This document shows, piece after piece, positions 37,911-49,697 of a stretch of 64,000 nt of DNA. Under the pieces are notes generated by a model that was not told the DNA's origin, did no database searches, and saw only the letters and a program-made list of their open reading frames with translations. The DNA is taken from NCBI RefSeq assembly GCF_963921235.1, contig NC_086097.1:119042001-119106000 (forward strand), in the 5' to 3' direction. Both the position numbers and the translations under genes were made by a program. Positions within the stretch are counted from its first letter, which is position 1. Every line of letters begins with the position of its first letter. This stretch comes from Mobula hypostoma. Taxonomy: Eukaryota.

Positions 37911-39039
37911 TATTGAACAGAATGACCTTGGCATTCAAACCTATAGTTCTCAGAAAGTAGCAACATAGGAAGACAGTGCGAAGGAAAGCTTCAGAAATAG
38001 AATATAAACTACAAGATATCAGGTTGCAACTTTACAAGTCATTGGTAGACCGAAACTTGGTCATCTCATTATAGGAAGAATGTGGACGAGTTGGAGAGAG
38101 TGCAGATGAGATTCACCAGGAAGTCATCTGAGAAGGACAACATTAGTTATGAAGAAAGAGTGGGTAGGCTGAGTTTGTTTCCCTTATGGTGACAGAAGCT
38201 GAGGTGGGCACATAACATAATAAAGGGTAGCCTTTTGGAAAGCACTATAAGGGTATTAAAACAAAAACTTCACATCATCTTAAAAGTTTCTTCCTCACAG
38301 AATTTTTATAATGCTGTTTACATTATAAATGCATGCTGGTATTTATGTATTTTTGCACTTCTAATTTCAGATCCATTCTTTAACCTCTGACTTTATTTTT
38401 ATGTAATTCTTTACAAATGTTGAATGTTGTTTTTATTGCATGTCAAAATATCACACCACAACATACACCTAATGCATGTCAATGTATATGGCAAATAGAG
38501 TTGATCTTTGAACCTTGATCTGTGGTGAAACAGATTATGCTAATTCAAACATAAATTATCATTGTGGACTCCTGTCTTTATGAAGTATTAAACACAATCC
38601 TGCTTGATTAATCAGGAAGTTCCAATGTCATTTGTTTTCTCACTCAAGATTACTGTGATAGCAAATATGGGGGATGGTTGCATGGGAGGATGGTTGTGGG
38701 GATAAAGATCAGCTTTATTTGTTTTACGTGAATTAATATTTTTGAAACATACATGGAAATGTATTACTTGTGTCAATGACCAGCACAGTATGCAGATTAT
38801 GCTGGTGGCTTCCTGAAAATGCCACCACACTCTTGGCACCAATGTACCATGGCAAAGCTCTAACCCTAACCCTATGTCTTTGGAAAGTGGAAGGAAACGG
38901 GAGCAGCTGGAGCAAAGTCATGGGGAAAACTTACACATTGTTATTAACAGCAGCGGGAATTGAGCTGGTGATCACTGGGGCTGTAAAGCATTGCACTCAT
39001 CATTATGCTACAGTGCGGCCCCCAGTTGGGCATAGTAAC

Positions 39040-39279
39040 TGTTGTGGAGTTAATATTTCAGTAATATTGTAAATATGTTGTTTGATTAAGCATCCTTTTG
39101 TTGTTTACATAATTTGTTATGGGGTATATGCAAAAGTGCGTGAATGGCATATGTTATTACGCAACCACGTTCGAAAGTGCGCTCCTCACTGAAGTAAAAA
39201 CAAAACCTACACAAGTTACCCCCAGCTCCATGTTTTTCTTTCAATTAGTTTTATGTTTTGGGAGTTACAAAACATAGCA
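39040..39279 (+). mobile_element. Solo LTR related to 833-1065
   Basis: TG...CA ends; similarity to rc of 833-1065. Confidence 0.55.
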
Positions 39280-40554
39280 GTTATGGCACTGGAGGATCCA
39301 AATGGATGCCCCTTCTGATACCTGCAGCAGTATTATTCAAGCAGCATTACTGGGTGGATCTATGACCTGACGATATAAACCTTGGATGCTTAGAGGTGTA
39401 CACAGGGTTGCCTGCAGGGTGATTTTCAATGCATTGAACTGGCTGGTGGCAGGGTTAGGCTGGTGAGGGTTTATGTAAAAGATTCTCCAGAAGGAACACC
39501 GAGAGTCAGGCAACATTCATTAATTGCAGCATGATGCACTCCTGATTAAATGTGGACTCAACTTCATCTGTCTATTAGTGCATAAATCACACAAAAATGT
39601 ATGTCTTGCACTCATCAGGAAAAAATAAGTTTCCGTCACAATGAATAATTTCACCATTCTATTCCATGCATGTTATGACATCATCAACGTGTCATTACTG
39701 GATCAATATATCCAGGAAGATATAGCATAAAACAGAACATCAGAGCATAATACAGACCCTTTGACCCATGATGTTGTGCTCGATGTTTAGCCTACTCTGA
39801 AGTCAATCTAATCCTTTTCTTCCATGTAGACCTTTAGCCCATGATGTTGTGCTGGATGTTGGGCCTACTCTAAGGTCAATCTAATCCTTTTCTTCCATGT
39901 AGACCTCTATTTTTCTATCATCCATTTGCCTAAGAGTGTCTTAAATGTCTCTTATGTATCTGCCTCTACTACTAAGCCTGGCAGGACATTCCATGCACCC
40001 ACCACTCTCTGTATATAAAAATACCTTTGACATGACCACTGCACTTTCCTACAATCACCTTAAAATGTTGTTCCCTTATATTAGCCATTTCTGTCCAGGG
40101 AAAATGTCTCCGGCTATCCCTCTATCTACACTTCTTATCATCTTGTACACCTTTATCAGGTCATCTCTCATCTTCCTTTGCTCCAAAGTGAAAAACACTA
40201 TCGTTCTCAACCTAGACTCATAAGACATGCTCTCTAATCTATTCAACATCCTTGTAAATCTCTTGTGTACCATTTTGAAAGCTTCCACATCCTTCCTATA
40301 ACAAAAGGAAAAGAACTGAATGCAATACTCCAAGTGTAGTCTACTTAGAGTTTCTTAGATCTGCAACATTGCCTCATGGCTCTTGAACTCAATCCCACAA
40401 CTAATCAATGCACCGTATGCCTTCCTAATAATCTTATCAACTTGCACAGCAACTTTTAGGGATCTATGGACGTGCACCCAAGATCTCCTTGTTCATCCAC
40501 ACTGCTAAGAAACCTGCCATTAACCCTGTACCTTATCTTCATATTCAGACTTCC

Positions 40555-41936
40555 TCTTTCCAATATTTTAATTTGACAGAGTACAGGAAAACATATATAT
40601 GTCACTACATTAAACTAAATCGCACATAAAGACTCCTTACCCTATATTGGTACAAGTCAATTAGTTCATAACATTGAAACATAATAATTTTATTATATAA
40701 AAAAATCTAACCCACTACCAAGACCAAAGCTGATTAGTAGAAAAAAAAGAAAAAAGATTGTTAGTCATTATCTGTGCTTTCATTCCACCGAGATGCAACA
40801 CAGAGCGTCATAGGAAGTCATTCCTGCCTGTGGCCATCAAACTTTACAACTCCTCCCTTGGAGGGTCAAATATCCTCAGCCAATAGGCTGGTCCTGGACT
40901 TATTTCATAATTTACTGGCATAATTTACATATTACTATTTAACTATTTATGGTTCTATTACTATTTATTATTTATGGTGCAACTGTAACGAAAACCAATT
41001 TCCTCCGGGATTACTAAAGTATGACTATGACTATGATTATGACTAACAGCAAATCAAAGGTTTTGAAAATAATTCAGAAAAGGTCCACAGAATGTTTGGA
41101 AATCTTAATTAGATTCAAAGTTTGAACATCGAATGGTGTCTAAATTTAAACATGATATTACATCACTTAACCATTGGGAGTGAATAGGAGGGGCCACATC
41201 TTTCCATTTAAGCAAAAGCATCCTTCTGGCCATAAGAGACATAAAAGCCAAAATGTGCAAATCAGATGGCTCCAAAATAATATCCTTTCCTCCAACAATA
41301 CCAAATAAAGCAGTCAAAGGACTAGGCTTGAAATTTACTTTAAAAAGTATCGAAAAGGTTTGAAATACTTCTTTCCAACATATTTTCCAACACTCAGATA
41401 TGTCCAAAACATATGAATGAGTGACGCATCTCCATTATTACATTTATCACAATATAGAAATATATCTAAATAAAAATGAGACAACAAAAGAATGGGATAG
41501 ATTAGGTATTAAATGCTTTCAGGATTGTTTGTAGAGGAAAGTCTTTTTTCGTTTGAACAATGGTCAACTAAATATAGTTTACCCAAAACACATTTTTTTT
41601 GATATCTACAAATACAAGACTTTTTACGGTCTCAAATAAGTACATTTCCCAAAAGTCCTGATAAGAATCTATTAGATGTAATCTTTAATCTGAAACCTTT
41701 TTATAATTGATCTATATCTAATATTTATGATATGCTGTTGGGAATGAGAAATGTTCCTTGAGATGAAATTAAAAATCTTTGGGAACAAGACTTATAGACT
41801 TCAATTTCTGAGGAAACTTGGAATCAAATTTTTGAATTGGTCAGCACTTCATCGTTATGTGCCCATCACTCTCTCCTTCAATTTAAAGTGGTCCATAGGG
41901 CCCATATGACTAAGGATAAGTTGTCTTGATTTTTTT
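40555..41936 (-). mobile_element. L1-clade LINE with 5' inversion
   Basis: Minus part CDKC...LIHMFW...LLKWK; plus part (41484-41936) EWDRLGIK...LQFKVVHR; 14-bp TSD atattcagacttcc (40541-40554/41937-41950). Confidence 0.85.
40781..41044 (+). mobile_element. Rex1-like 3' tip nested in the L1 3' UTR
   Basis: PRCNTERHRKSFLPVAIKLYN; (atgact)n tail. Confidence 0.75.
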
Positions 41937-42339
41937 ATATTCAGACTTCCAAAACATGTCACTTCACACTTTTCCAGATTGAAACCCATCTGCAACTTCT
42001 CATCAAAGTTGCTGGTGAATGCAGCAGGCCAGGCAGCATCTCTAGGAAGAGATACAGTCGACGTTTCAGGCCGAGACCCTACATCAGGACTAACTGAAGG
42101 AAGAGTTAGTAAGAGATTTGAAAGTGGGAGACGGAGGGGGAGATCCAAAATGATAGGAGAAGACAGGAGGGGGAGGGATGGAGCCAAGAGCTGGACAGGT
42201 GATTGGCAAAGGGGATATGAGAGGGTCATGGGACAGGAGGCCCAGGGAGAAGGAAAAAGGGGAGGGGGGAAAAATCCAGAGGATGGGCAAGGCGTATAGT
42301 CAGAGGGACAGAGTTCCTCCAACCCGAGACGAACTGATT

Positions 42340-42649
42340 TCCAAAAAGGCATAAAGTTAAAGATGACACGTTTCTTTAATATTTTAAGGAAGAAAACTTT
42401 TTTTTGTTTCGATCTTTTACAGTTTCAAAATAACAAAAAAGGAAAAGAGCCTGAAGCAAAAGTTTGGAATCCCTGCATGGTCAGTAGTTAGTAACACCCC
42501 CTTTGGCAAGTATCACAGCTTGTAAATGCTTTTTATAGCTAGCTAAGAGTCTTTCAGTTCTTGTTTGGGGGATTTTTGTCCATTCTTCCTTGCAAAAGGC
42601 TTCTAGTTCTGTGAGATTCTTGGGCCGTCTTGCATGCACTGCTCTTTTG
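42340..42649 (-). mobile_element. Tc1 transposase C-terminus and 3' flank, no termini
   Basis: KRAVHARRPKNLTELEAFCKEEWTKIP...LQAVILAKGGVTNY*. Confidence 0.85.
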
Positions 42650-43131
42650 CGGGGATCAGTGTTGAGAATGCTTCTTTTTAATGTTTCCATTCTGATGTCC
42701 CATTCTGACATGTCTATCCACGGCCTCCTCTACTGTAAAGATGAAGCCACACTCAAGTTGGAGGAACAACACCTTATATTCCGTCTGGGTAGCCTCCAAC
42801 CTGATGGCATGAACATTGACTTCTCTAACTTCCGCTAATGCCCCACCTCCCCCTCATACCCCATCCGTTATTTATTTTTATACACACATTCTTTCTCTCA
42901 CTCTCCTTTTTCTCCCTCTGTCCCCCTGACTATACTTCTTGCCCATCCTCTGAGTTCCCTCCCGCTTGTCTTTCTCCCTGGGCCTCCTGTCCCATGATCC
43001 TTTCATATCCCTTTTGCCAATCACCTGTCGAGCTCTTGGCTCCATCCCTCCCCTTCCTGTCTTCTCCTATCATTTTGGATCTCCCCCTCCCCCTCCCACT
43101 TTCAAATCTCTTACTAACTCTTCCTTCAGTT

Positions 43132-43167
43132 AGTCCTGACGAAGGTTCTCAGCCTGAAACGTCGACT
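43132..43167 (+). ncRNA. Minimal hammerhead ribozyme motif (PLE)
   Basis: agtc CTGACGA aggttctcagcct GAAACGTC gact; mirror copy at 42056-42091 has a mutated core. Confidence 0.7.
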
Positions 43168-43896
43168 GTACCTCTTCCTAGAGATGCTGCCTGGCCTGCT
43201 GCGTTCACCAGCAACTTTGATGTGTGTTGCTTGAATTTCCAGCATCTGCAGAATTCCTGTTGTTTGCCACTTCACAACTCAGTTCCGCATCCTATCAATT
43301 TCCTATGGTAACCTACAACATCCTTCTAGACTATTCAGAACATCACCAACCTTTGAGTGATCTTCAAACTTGCTAGCCCATCCGTCCACTTCCCCAACCA
43401 AGTTATTTATAAAATATCACAAAGAGCAGGGGTACCAGAACAGATCCCTGAAGAACACTACTGATCTCTGAACTCCAGGCAGAATATGCTGGATCTACTA
43501 CGACCCTCTTCTCCTGTGGACAAGCCAATTCTGAATCCACGCAGCCAAGTTTCCCTGGAACACATGCGTCCTGACTACCTGTGTGTGAGTAGCATGTACT
43601 GTAGCTGTACGTTCATCCCCCTTGTACCTGGTACTTTACGCATTAAAATAGACACATTTCAACCTATTCACTGACTGCAGTTATGCACTTTCTACAGCTT
43701 ATCTTTCTTCACTCAGCATACTACCATTATAGCAACTGCTGCATCCTCTGCCTTATAACTCTAGTTGCTATCCCCCTGTCCAACCAGTTTAATCTCTCTC
43801 CTACAACTCCAGCAAACATATCTGCAATAATATTTGCCCCTCTTGAGTAAGGTGTCAGGTTGTTACCTTTTGTAGAGATCACACCTTCCCCAGAAG

Positions 43897-44708
43897 CAAT
43901 GTTCCCTCTAAGATGTGCGCACACACACCTCTTTTGCTACTAACACACAAAGGAATTTAAACTGCGCACAAAAGATTGCCACCCTTTACCTCACTGGCAC
44001 GTTAAGTATAATTCACAATCGTACACAATCACATTTCCCTTTCTGTTTTCTGATGCGGACAGTGTTGATAACATGGACTTTGCGATAATTTGTCAGCAGA
44101 TTGAAGAAATTATTAACTCACTGTGTCAAATTTCAAAGAAGCAAAAGCTGTGAAGCACAAAAGAACTGCTAGTTCATTTAAAGCAGAGTGGCTGAATGAA
44201 AAAGTAGAAACTGCTATACTAAAAGCTCTTGAGGTCAGGAACGTGCAGCTACAAGAAATAATTATGTACAATACAGAAACTGCTGTTACCTACATGTATT
44301 GTTGCAATGTAAAAGTTGCTGGAGAATTTGCAAGTAGGAAGAAGTGGATCGATATTTGGAAACTTGACTTTTTAAAGTGTCATTTAGTAAGCAAAGCACA
44401 TGTGAACAGTGTGGAAAATGTCTGGCGAGAAAATCCTGCAGGCCTGCTACATATGTTTTGTGAGAATGCAGATGAATGAGAGCAAAAACGTTCACACCCA
44501 GAGGAGATCAAGGTTCTTATTGATAGTTATTTTATTTCTTTTGAACAATGAACAAGAAATTAGACTTGGTAGTTTATTATCCTTAGAATAGCTTAAGGTT
44601 TACTTCCACTTAAAGATTCAGTGTGCACACAGTGATATCACTGGGAAAGACATTGCACAGCACAAAATTTGAGTGCACACTGGTCTTTACAAATTAGAGG
44701 GAACATTT
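43897..44708 (+). mobile_element. hAT (Tip100-like) deletion derivative
   Basis: TIR caatgttccctctaa/ttagagggaacattt; 8-bp near-TSD cccagaag/gccagaag; ORF 44123-44479 with SFKAEWL..C..LKCHLVSKAH zinc-finger-like N-terminus. Confidence 0.8.
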
Positions 44709-45026
44709 GCCAGAAGAGATAGTAATGATCCACAGATCTAAATCCTGCCCCCTGCACCAGTTACTCAACCATACATTCAACTGCCATGCAATTCTTATCC
44801 TCATTGGAAGCTGGCACAGGTAGCAATCCAGAGGATATTACCCTTGAAATCCGGCTTACCAGCTTCCTATTTAGCATTATATATTCTCTCTTCAGAATCT
44901 CATTGCTTTCCCTACTTATGCCATTGGTAATCATATGTACCATGACTACTGGCTGCTCATGCTCCCCTTTATGAATGTTGTTGAGCCAATCTGAGATGTC
45001 CTTGGCCCTGGCATCTGAGAGGAAAC

Positions 45027-46680
45027 CTAAGACATAGGAACAGAATTAGGCCATTCGGCCCATTGAGTCTGCTCCGCTGTTTCATCATGACTGATCCATT
45101 CTTGTTCAGCACCAATCTCTTGCCTTCTTCCTTAATCCCCTTATGCCCTGATCAATCAAGAACCTATTAACCTCTGCCTTAAATATACATAAAGACTTGG
45201 ACTCCATAGCTCAAAGATAGAATCATTTCTGTGAACATCCTTGGAACCCTTTCCAGTTTTGGCACACCCTTTCCAAGATAAGGGGCTCAGCCCTGCATAC
45301 AATATTCCAAGTGAGGAGTTGCCAGTGTTTTATAAAGTTTCAACATTACATCCTTGTTTTTATAATCTAGTCTTCTTGAAATGAATACAAACATCACATT
45401 TGCCTTCCTCACCACAGACTCAACCTTCAGATTAACCTTTAGGAAATTGTGCACAAACACTCTGAGTTGCTTTGCACTTCCGTTTTTCTGTATTCTCTCT
45501 CCTTTTAGAAAAATAGTCAACCCTTTCATTTCTTCTATCAAAGTGCAAGACCATACACATTTTGAGACAGTATTCCATCAGCCACTTCCTTGTCCATTCT
45601 CCTAATCTGTCTAGGTCCTTCAGTAACTTCTGTACTTTCTCAAAACAACCTACCCCTCCACCTGTCTTTGTATCACCTGCAGACTTTGCAACAAAGCCGT
45701 CAATTCCATCATCCAAATCATTAACATGTAATGTTAAAAAAAAATAGGTCCCCGCACAAACCCCTGTGGAACACCACTACTCACTGGCAGCCAACCAGAA
45801 AAGACTCCCTTTATTCCTCCTACCAGTCAGCCACAGTTTTATCTATGCTAGAATCCACGGGCTCATAGCTTGTTAAGCAACGTCATGTGTGGCAGCTTGT
45901 CAAGGCCTTTGGAAAATCTAAATACATAACATCAGCTGATTCTCCTTTGTCTATCTGCTTGTTTTTTTCTTCAAAGAATTCCAACAGATTTGTCAGGCAA
46001 GATTTTCTCTTGTGGAAACCGTACTGACTATGGATTATTTCATCGTGTGCCTCCCAGTACCCCAAAACCACGTCCTTAACAATCAACTCCAACATCCTCC
46101 CAATCACTGAGGTCAGACTAACTGGCCTATAATTTCCTTTCTTCTGCCTCTCTCTCTTCTTGATGAGTGGTGTGACATTAACAATTTTCCAGTCTTGCAG
46201 AACTATTTCAGAATCTAGTGCTTCTTGAAAGATCATCACTAATGCCTCCACAATCTTTTCAGCCATCTCTTTCAGAACCCTCAGGTGTAGACGATCTGGT
46301 CCAGGTTATTTATCTATCTTCATACCTTTGTACCATCTGAGAGTGTCTTTCAGGTCTACAGAATCTCCTGTTAGTTCTGCTAACTGTTGAATCCCCCGTC
46401 ACCACCATGTTCCTGTTCTCCCAGTTCCCATTTTCTTTTCTGAGACACAGAGCTCCTCTGGTAGGTTAATTCCTCTCCCCCCACTCCCCAGAAGTATCCA
46501 AAGCAGGACACTTGTTGTTGAAGGAGCGACCATAGGGGTACTCTACAGTATCTGCCTATTTCCTTTCCCTCTCCTGACAGTCTCCCAGGTAATTGCCTCC
46601 TGCGATTTAGGTACCACTTCCTCACTGTAACTGCTGTCTGTCAACTCTTCATTCTCTCCAATGAGTCGTCCAGCTCCCGC
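45027..46680 (-). mobile_element. CR1 LINE relic
   Basis: NYRPVSLTSVIGR...SCLTNLLEFFE; LYKTLATPHLEYC. Confidence 0.88.
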
Positions 46681-46689
46681 TTCAGTTCT

Positions 46690-47012
46690 CTCAGAGGACC
46701 TTTTCAGTAGTGGGAGAATCTAGGGCCAAAAGGCACAGCTTCAAAATAAAATGATGTCTCTTTAAAACAGTGATGAGGAGGAATTTCTTTAGCCAGAAGA
46801 TGTTGACTATATGGAATTCATTGCCACAGATCAGTTTGGAGGCTATCATAGGATGAAGGAAGATAGGTTCTTGATTGATAAAGGTGTCGAAAATTATAGG
46901 GAGTAAGTAGCTGGATAGGTTGAAAGGGAATAATAAATCAGCCATGCTTGAATGGCAGAGTAGAGCTAATAGGCTGACTGACTTAATTCAGCTCCTACGT
47001 CTTATGGTCTTA
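46690..47012 (+). mobile_element. CR1 3' end
   Basis: RRNFFSQ...WNSLP; cttatggtctta tail. Confidence 0.75.
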
Positions 47013-47214
47013 AGGTCCAATTTGGTGTTTGGGCATTTGGCATACCAAAAATAAGTGAAAACAAATGATTGTGACCAAAAGTGCTAGGTCTAACTTCTGC
47101 ATTGTTTGGAAATCAACAGTAGATAAGGATAAGACATCTCTGTTGTGTTTCTTGTGCATGAAACTCGGGTGCTAATGGATCCAAATATTTAGCATATGTA
47201 GCAGTAATCATAGT

Positions 47215-47697
47215 AGTGTGATCACTCGAGTCAAGTATGACATTCTCTTAAGGTTCTCTATTGCTGGGTCTTCAGGTGGCTGTAGAGGCCAATGCAGGAT
47301 CTATTAAGTTCTTAGGGAGAGTTCCCTGAATGGATTACAGATGTGCTTGACTTTGTTTAATATGGGAAGACAAATCCAGGGCAGCCACCGCATGGTCCTT
47401 GGCAGATCAGGATCAGGTTCCAGTTACATGCAAAGTGACTGGGGTCACTTCACATCTGCAGACCTTCCTCTACCTTCACTACCGTTGTGATGCGTCATCA
47501 TCTTCTGCAGAATGTCCACAGTTGAGGTCTTGGTTGGATTGCTCATTGTCTGGAATCTGCCCACTGACCTGACCACAAATGGGCATCCCAACCAGGAGTT
47601 AGGCCCCAGATGGCTAAACTTCAGATGGCATCACTCTCGAGATCGCAGGAACTCACCTGCCTCTTCACCACAATAAGGTGATGATCCTCAGAAAAGG
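47215..47697 (-). mobile_element. RTE-derived non-autonomous element
   Basis: rc 5' end ggatcatcaccttattgtggtgaagagg resembles the RTE/Expander/BovB-type leader; sister copy at 52140-52557. Confidence 0.6.
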
Positions 47698-49170
47698 CAT
47701 GTGTTTAATAGAGAGGAAATTGAGAATCCATTTGTGTCCATTGCAAAATAAACGGTATTCCTTTTCCACTATGGTACAGACAAAGTTAGCTCCAGTAACT
47801 CCTCATCTTGCAAACATCTCAGGTTGCATTAGATGTGGTTACCTTAATCAAGCTAAGTGTTAAGTGTACCGGTTTCTTACTCCATCATCATTCTTTTTTC
47901 TCATATCAATGAAGTATGGCCTCCCTTTGTATATGTCAGTTGTAATTATTAATACATCTGCACCAGTCAATTTCTTTCATTCTTAATTCCTGGCAGCCGT
48001 CAAGCCCAGCTTCTGTAGTCATTGTGGTAAATTGTCCTTTGTACGTTGTCGTTTTGTACAAGCAATCAGCAACTGTCCAGCAATAAAGCAAAACTTTAAG
48101 TAGCAGATTCAAGTCAGCAACACAGCTAAATTGAAACACATTTCTATATTGGCTGCCCATTACTGGTTAAAAACTTGAAACGTGCAACAGATATGAGTGC
48201 TGCTTTTCTCATCACTGAACAGTTGATTCGGTTGTAACGAAGGCATATGCGATGTTAGCATTCATTTCGAGAGGTCTTGAGTGTAAAATCAAGGATGTAA
48301 TGCTGAGACTTTAAAAGGCATTGGTCAGACCACACTTTGAGGATTGTGAGGAGTTTTGGGCTCCTTATCCAATAAATGATTTGCTGGTATTGGCGATGAT
48401 CCAGAGAAAATTCACAAGAATTCACAGGGCATGAAAGGGTTAAACTTCCGTAAGATGGAGGTGCATTCAGATGCATCAGCCTGTTGGGAGCTAACCGAAG
48501 GTGTTTTTGTCTTTTTTAAACATTTTATGTACGATTGTAGGACAATGATGGACATAAAGAAAACTTCAGGTACTGCAGATCTACCCCATCAGCGAGTTGC
48601 TCATTGTCAGAGGAGCTGGACTTGGTGTGGACTGAGTTATTGCACAAGAAGGCATTAGAGTCAGTGTCTGAAGGCGGTGGGCAGTCTAACAGCAAGTGAT
48701 TGACTTGAACAGTTCTCTTGTGATCTCAAGACCTTGTTTGACATTGATAATGTAAAATCCTGCAAGCCTGTTTCCCTTGTTTATTGGCAAGACAGATGGA
48801 AAGGGAGTTGTATGGCCTTGGGTGTAGTGAAGACTAAGCCTGAAACCATGGGCTTACCTGCTACAGGAAAACAGGAGAGAAGATATCAGAAGTGGTGTAG
48901 CAGGTTATCCATGCTGGGTTGGGGGCTGGCCCCGTTCCTGTAAGTGCTGCCCCCAGTGTTCAATTGTGGAATGACAAGCTGGATTGCATATGTTCATCTG
49001 CAGATTGTAGAGAACTGCTTGTTCTTGCTGACCATATCCACATACAGGTCAACCTTCTATAATCTGGCACCATTGGGACCTGAGGAGTGCCAGATTAGTG
49101 AAAATGCCGAATTACAGAAGGATCACATTGAGCAATAGCTAACTGCCTCATCATACCTTTAAAATATTAA

Positions 49171-49488
49171 AGGATTCAAAGGTTCATTTAATGTCGGAGA
49201 AATGTACACAATATACATCCTGAAATGCTTTTTCTTCGCAACCATCCACGAAAACAGAGGAGTGCCCCAAAGAATGAATGACAGTTAAATGTTAGAGCCC
49301 CTAAGTTTCCCCCAGCTCCCCTCCCTCCCACGCGTAAGTGGTAGCGAGCAACAATCCCCCCTCCCCACCGGCAAAAAATGAAGTGCACCCACTGCCGGCA
49401 ATCAAGCGTGAGCTAAGCCATAGCAAAGATACAGACTTGCAGTTACCCCAAAGACTACACTGCACTCACAGTTACTGAGGGAATCCTC

Positions 49489-49529
<41 letters not shown>

Positions 49530-49697
49530 ATGGGTCACTACGCCTGATCTGAGGTCTTAGGCAGAAGAGAATGGAGCGCCGGCCGGGCGATACCGGAGGG
49601 CAGTGTGCGACTGCTGGCAGGTGGGCGAGAAGGCGGACCGACCCAGCACGCGCCAGCTCCCCGCCGTTGGCAGGTGCCGAGCAGCTGCGCCTCACGC
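49171..49697 (-). mobile_element. Chimeric retrocopy: ITS2-28S pre-rRNA joined to a retroelement 3' end
   Basis: 9-bp TSD aaatattaa (49162-49170/49698-49706); 49171-49462 matches the 55081 family. Confidence 0.8.
49463..49556 (-). rRNA. 28S rRNA 5'-terminal fragment (dispersed pseudogenic copy)
   Basis: rc gacctcagatcaggcgt...gaatttaagcatattactaagcggaggaaaagaaactaacgaggattccctcagtaac is the conserved LSU 5' end. Confidence 0.93.

Larger units (their letters stand above)
34090..38230 (+). mobile_element. Old fragmented CR1 LINE with nested insertions
   Basis: Degenerate CR1 ORF2 motifs in order (IYPR.LWEA, SQHGFVRG.S.LSNLIEIFEEVT, ERVQMRFTR). Confidence 0.7.
42003..43264. mobile_element. Older head-to-head PLE insertion with captured Tc1 fragment
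   Basis: Minus arm 42003-42313, plus arm 42698-43264; near-TSD tgcaacttctca/tgccacttcaca (41991-42002/43265-43276). Confidence 0.88.
39723..43570 (-). mobile_element. CR1 LINE 3' relic interrupted by L1 and PLE insertions
   Basis: EYCIQF..., RDDLIKVYKMIR; CR1 sequence rejoins across both TSDs; 73-bp tandem duplication at about 39767-39905. Confidence 0.85.

Noticed and set aside
47996..48026. Plus-strand mini-exon encoding VKPSFCSHCG (C1-domain-like)
   Set aside because: 30 nt with no supporting neighbouring exons; likely chance
49463..49556. Functional rRNA gene or contaminant rDNA
   Set aside because: Only about 94 nt, mutated, and embedded in nested host repeats with a TSD
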